Below, one piece after another: positions 61,175 to 64,000 of a DNA stretch of 64,000 nucleotides. The notes beneath the pieces were generated by a model. The model saw only the letters and a program-made list of their open reading frames with translations, did not search any database and was not told the DNA's origin. How positions within the stretch are numbered: the stretch's first letter is position 1; every line of letters begins with the position of its first letter. The translations under genes and the position numbers were made by a program. The stretch is from Convolutriloba macropyga (Eukaryota), in NCBI RefSeq assembly GCF_964194025.1, contig NC_134482.1, forward strand, positions 40,734,001-40,798,000. Reading direction: 5' to 3'.

Positions 61175-64000
61175 AGATATGGATTTGACTCTCTTAGCAC
61201 TCGGCGTTCTTCAATTTTGTAGTAATAGTGAATTACTGGACCAATTCCCTCAAACTTTTACCTTCCTGAACACAAACCACAAACAACAAACTACGTTTTG
61301 TGTGATGAGGACACAACAATTGTACTCTGTGATTGTTTCAAAAACATTGAACTTCAAGACAACATTCCTAAGAAATAGTCTCAGAGTTTTTATACAGTTT
61401 TCATAATAATTCATTGTAAAGCTGCTTAGAGCAATACTGCAGGAACTTCAAAAACAAGGCGTAATAAAGTATTGAGAGGAGATTCATATTGCTAACACTT
61501 TGAACAATTACGTGTTAATGGACAAGCAGCAAAAGAATGGATAATATTGGTTCAAATACGAATTTTTGAAATCCAAAATATTCGGATTGCAATGGGGCTC
61601 TGTTCCTTTTATTAATTTTCTTTTCGTCAACTAAAGACCAGAATGACTTAAAATCAAAATTCAGTGATTAAAAGATCAATTTTACAAGCAAAGAACAGTC
61701 GATGAACGTATTTTAAATTTCATCGGAAAGCTCTAAGTTTTTTTTGCTGCATCACTGTAATTGCGTAAAATTGTTTTTGATTTTCTGATTTGTACCAATA
61801 TATGTTGTCCTTTTGTTGTCTTTTGACTTAATCTCTCTAGGATAGTACTAATTGGTTTCTAAGGCAGCTACAAGATAATCAATTTAATGAAAGTGTAGTT
61901 AAAAGCCTATGCTTGTAATGACATCAAGATGTCTATTTCAAAAAATATTAAATATTNNNNNNNNNNNNNNNNNNNNNNNNNNNNNNNNNNNNNNNNNNNN
62001 NNNNNNNNNNNNNNNNNNNNNNNNNNNNNNNNNNNNNNNNNNNNNNNNNNNNNNNNNNNNNNNNNNNNNNNNNNNNNNNNNNNNNNNNNNNNNNNNNNNN
62101 NNNNNNNNNNNNNNNNNNNNNNNNNNNNNNNNNNNNNNNNNNNNNNNNNNNNNNNNNNNNNNNNNNNNNNNNNNNNGATAGATAGGGGGAGACTTTGCAT
62201 CCTGTTTTAAACGAATCACAATGTAATTTTGATTGCGTTTTCATGTTTTAAATAATGGTTCTTTGGCTTTGATACCTGACGGGTTTTCTTAGATTTTGTT
62301 GGACTTCTGGACGTTTTCGCGTTTCTGATATTGTTTTTTTACTGCCACAATATCAAAATAATACGAGCAATCTATATTGTTGTTGCAGTTGAAGGTTATT
62401 GTAATTGATAATATTTGATCTTTTTATTGAGTAGTTTAAAATATTAGCTACAAGTGATTAGTTTTATACCTTTCAGCTGAAAGCTTAAGATTTCTGTGAT
62501 TTTTTGTTTTCGAGAAAAATTTAATGGTTTTGTGAGCTTTGCCATTTTTTAACTTATTTTTGTCAATTCGCAGCGTTGTCTCAGCAATGAGAGAGTTTGC
62601 GTCCTTTTCAAATGAATTAGAACGAATTTCTGATAGCGGTTTTATACTTTATTTAACTCTTGTTGGCTTTTAGCTTCTAATGTTTCTTTTTTGCTGTCTT
62701 GTGTCACTTTATCATAAAATTAACCTGTAGAATATCAAATCAAAGCCGCTGAAAAAAGATGCCATTGGTTCTATTCAATCTTTTTAGTGAAGAGAACTGA
62801 ATTTTAATTGGTTGGAGAGCCTTTCATCTCAAAATTTAATTGAATTTTCATTGTCGTTTCTGTTTTTCTTTTTTATTCTCATAACTCATTATGTTACAGA
62901 ATAGTTCTCATTGGTTTTATGGAAGTGTATGTAAAACTAAATATTTGATAGTTTTTGATTTTCAAGATGTTGAAATTATTTGTTTTCAAAAAATGCCTTT
63001 TCTGTTTCTTTTGTTTACCGGTATTTTTTTCTCCTTGAAGACAATTACCATATCTTTTTTGATGAGGTGCAAGTTAAATGAACCAATTGTTAAAACAAAT
63101 ATAACAATCTTTTTCAAACAGTGTTTGAATTTTTCAAAGTTTTCAACCTGATCCACATTTGGTAGACAATTAAATCAGAAATGTGGATAAAAGCGGTTGC
63201 AAACGCACACTACCAAGCCTCCACAATTACATCTGTAATTCTATTTACAATCTGACTGCTCTTATAACAATGGAATGAGTTATAAAACTAAAGCAAATTT
63301 TGGTAATATGCATACATGTGATTGGATATTCGGTAAAAACTTGATTAGGCGAACTTGATTAGAAAGAACGTTTGTAGCCATTATTCTAAAATTCTGACGT
63401 AAAACTTTGTTCAAACTAGACGAGTGGTTTTGCAATATCCGCTTACTGTTTCACTGGTACTCCCGGACGAGCGTTACCCATTTATATAGTCATTACTTAA
63501 TTAATAGTGATTACTTGAGACCCAATTCATAGACTTATTTATTCTAGTGAGCAACGATATGGGTTCCAATTGTACTCTTAAGCCTCGATCGGTAATGAAT
63601 TAAGAGCGGCTATCTAGCTATTAGATACCGCGTGAAAATGAATTATTTTCAGGCTGGGAAAGAAAAACACAATCAAGTACCTTTACTTGACAAATCCTAA
63701 GTTGGCCACACAATAGAGGAAAATATGAACAAACTATTTTTGTGCAAATAAGCTTGGAGTTTTTTTGCCCGCCTTTTGCAAAAAATGTTGGTCTGGGAAA
63801 AATCTTTTATTGTCCTCAAGGGAAAGGTAAATAACATTTATGGAATTATTTTATTATTATCATCGTCTCGATACCGATCAAAACGATCAAAATATTAAGA
63901 CAGTTCTGATTTTGAAGGTAAAAGCAAAACCGTTTCCTGTCGAGATAACTTTTTCCAAGATCTTTTCAAAGGTGATATTTTCTCTATTTCCGGGGTTGCC
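61175..64000 (-). pseudogene. Protein-primed DNA polymerase B remnant
   Basis: IVIFVLTIGSFNLHLIKK at 63055-63110; the DNA tttgttttaacaattggttcatttaacttg is a few changes from FGFNSGSYDL (ExoII). FLQY...YY segment at ~61410-61465. Contains a gap. Confidence 0.5.

Larger units (their letters stand above)
57666..61523. repeat. Tandem duplication of ~1928 bp (57666-59593 / 59594-61523)
   Basis: ORFs 59251/61179 are offset by 1928; colinear with high identity. Confidence 0.96.
44356..64000 (-). mobile_element. Fossil Maverick/Polinton endogenous virus, partly tandem-amplified; runs off the right edge
   Basis: Same-strand ordered remnants of pPolB, ATPase, integrase, minor capsid, major capsid and adenain-like protease. 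Capsid and protease are the best supported. Confidence 0.8.

Overview
AT-rich eukaryotic, probably invertebrate-animal, scaffold with four N-gaps. I find no intact host gene, rRNA, canonical tRNA or CRISPR array; almost the whole window is mobile-element DNA. Left part: the 5' end of a PHD-finger CR1/L2-type LINE (1-1.4 kb), a decayed CRE-clade RT/REL retroposon (3.8-6.6 kb), and a near full-length CR1/L2-type LINE (8.0-12.7 kb) that appears to carry an extra upstream SGNH-like ORF separated from ORF1 by 39-bp monomers. Middle part: about 23 kb of tandem arrays (1.4-kb and 2.0-2.3-kb units) built from LINE debris, interrupted by a full-length Ty1/copia element (610-bp LTRs, TAGCT TSD, half-tRNA-iMet PBS); then a decayed + strand LINE, a MITE with a tRNA-like core, and a hAT-like element with phased 30/31-bp palindromic repeats. 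Right part (44.4-64 kb): a heavily frameshifted minus-strand Maverick/Polinton endogenous virus (pPolB, ATPase, integrase, minor capsid, major capsid, adenain-like protease remnants, in that order). Its capsid/protease block has been amplified into nested tandem arrays, including an A-B-A-B 1.26-kb array and a ~437-bp fold-back palindrome. Family assignments come from motifs translated by hand, often across frameshifts, and compared with recalled family consensus motifs; no database search was run. Boundaries of decayed elements are approximate.
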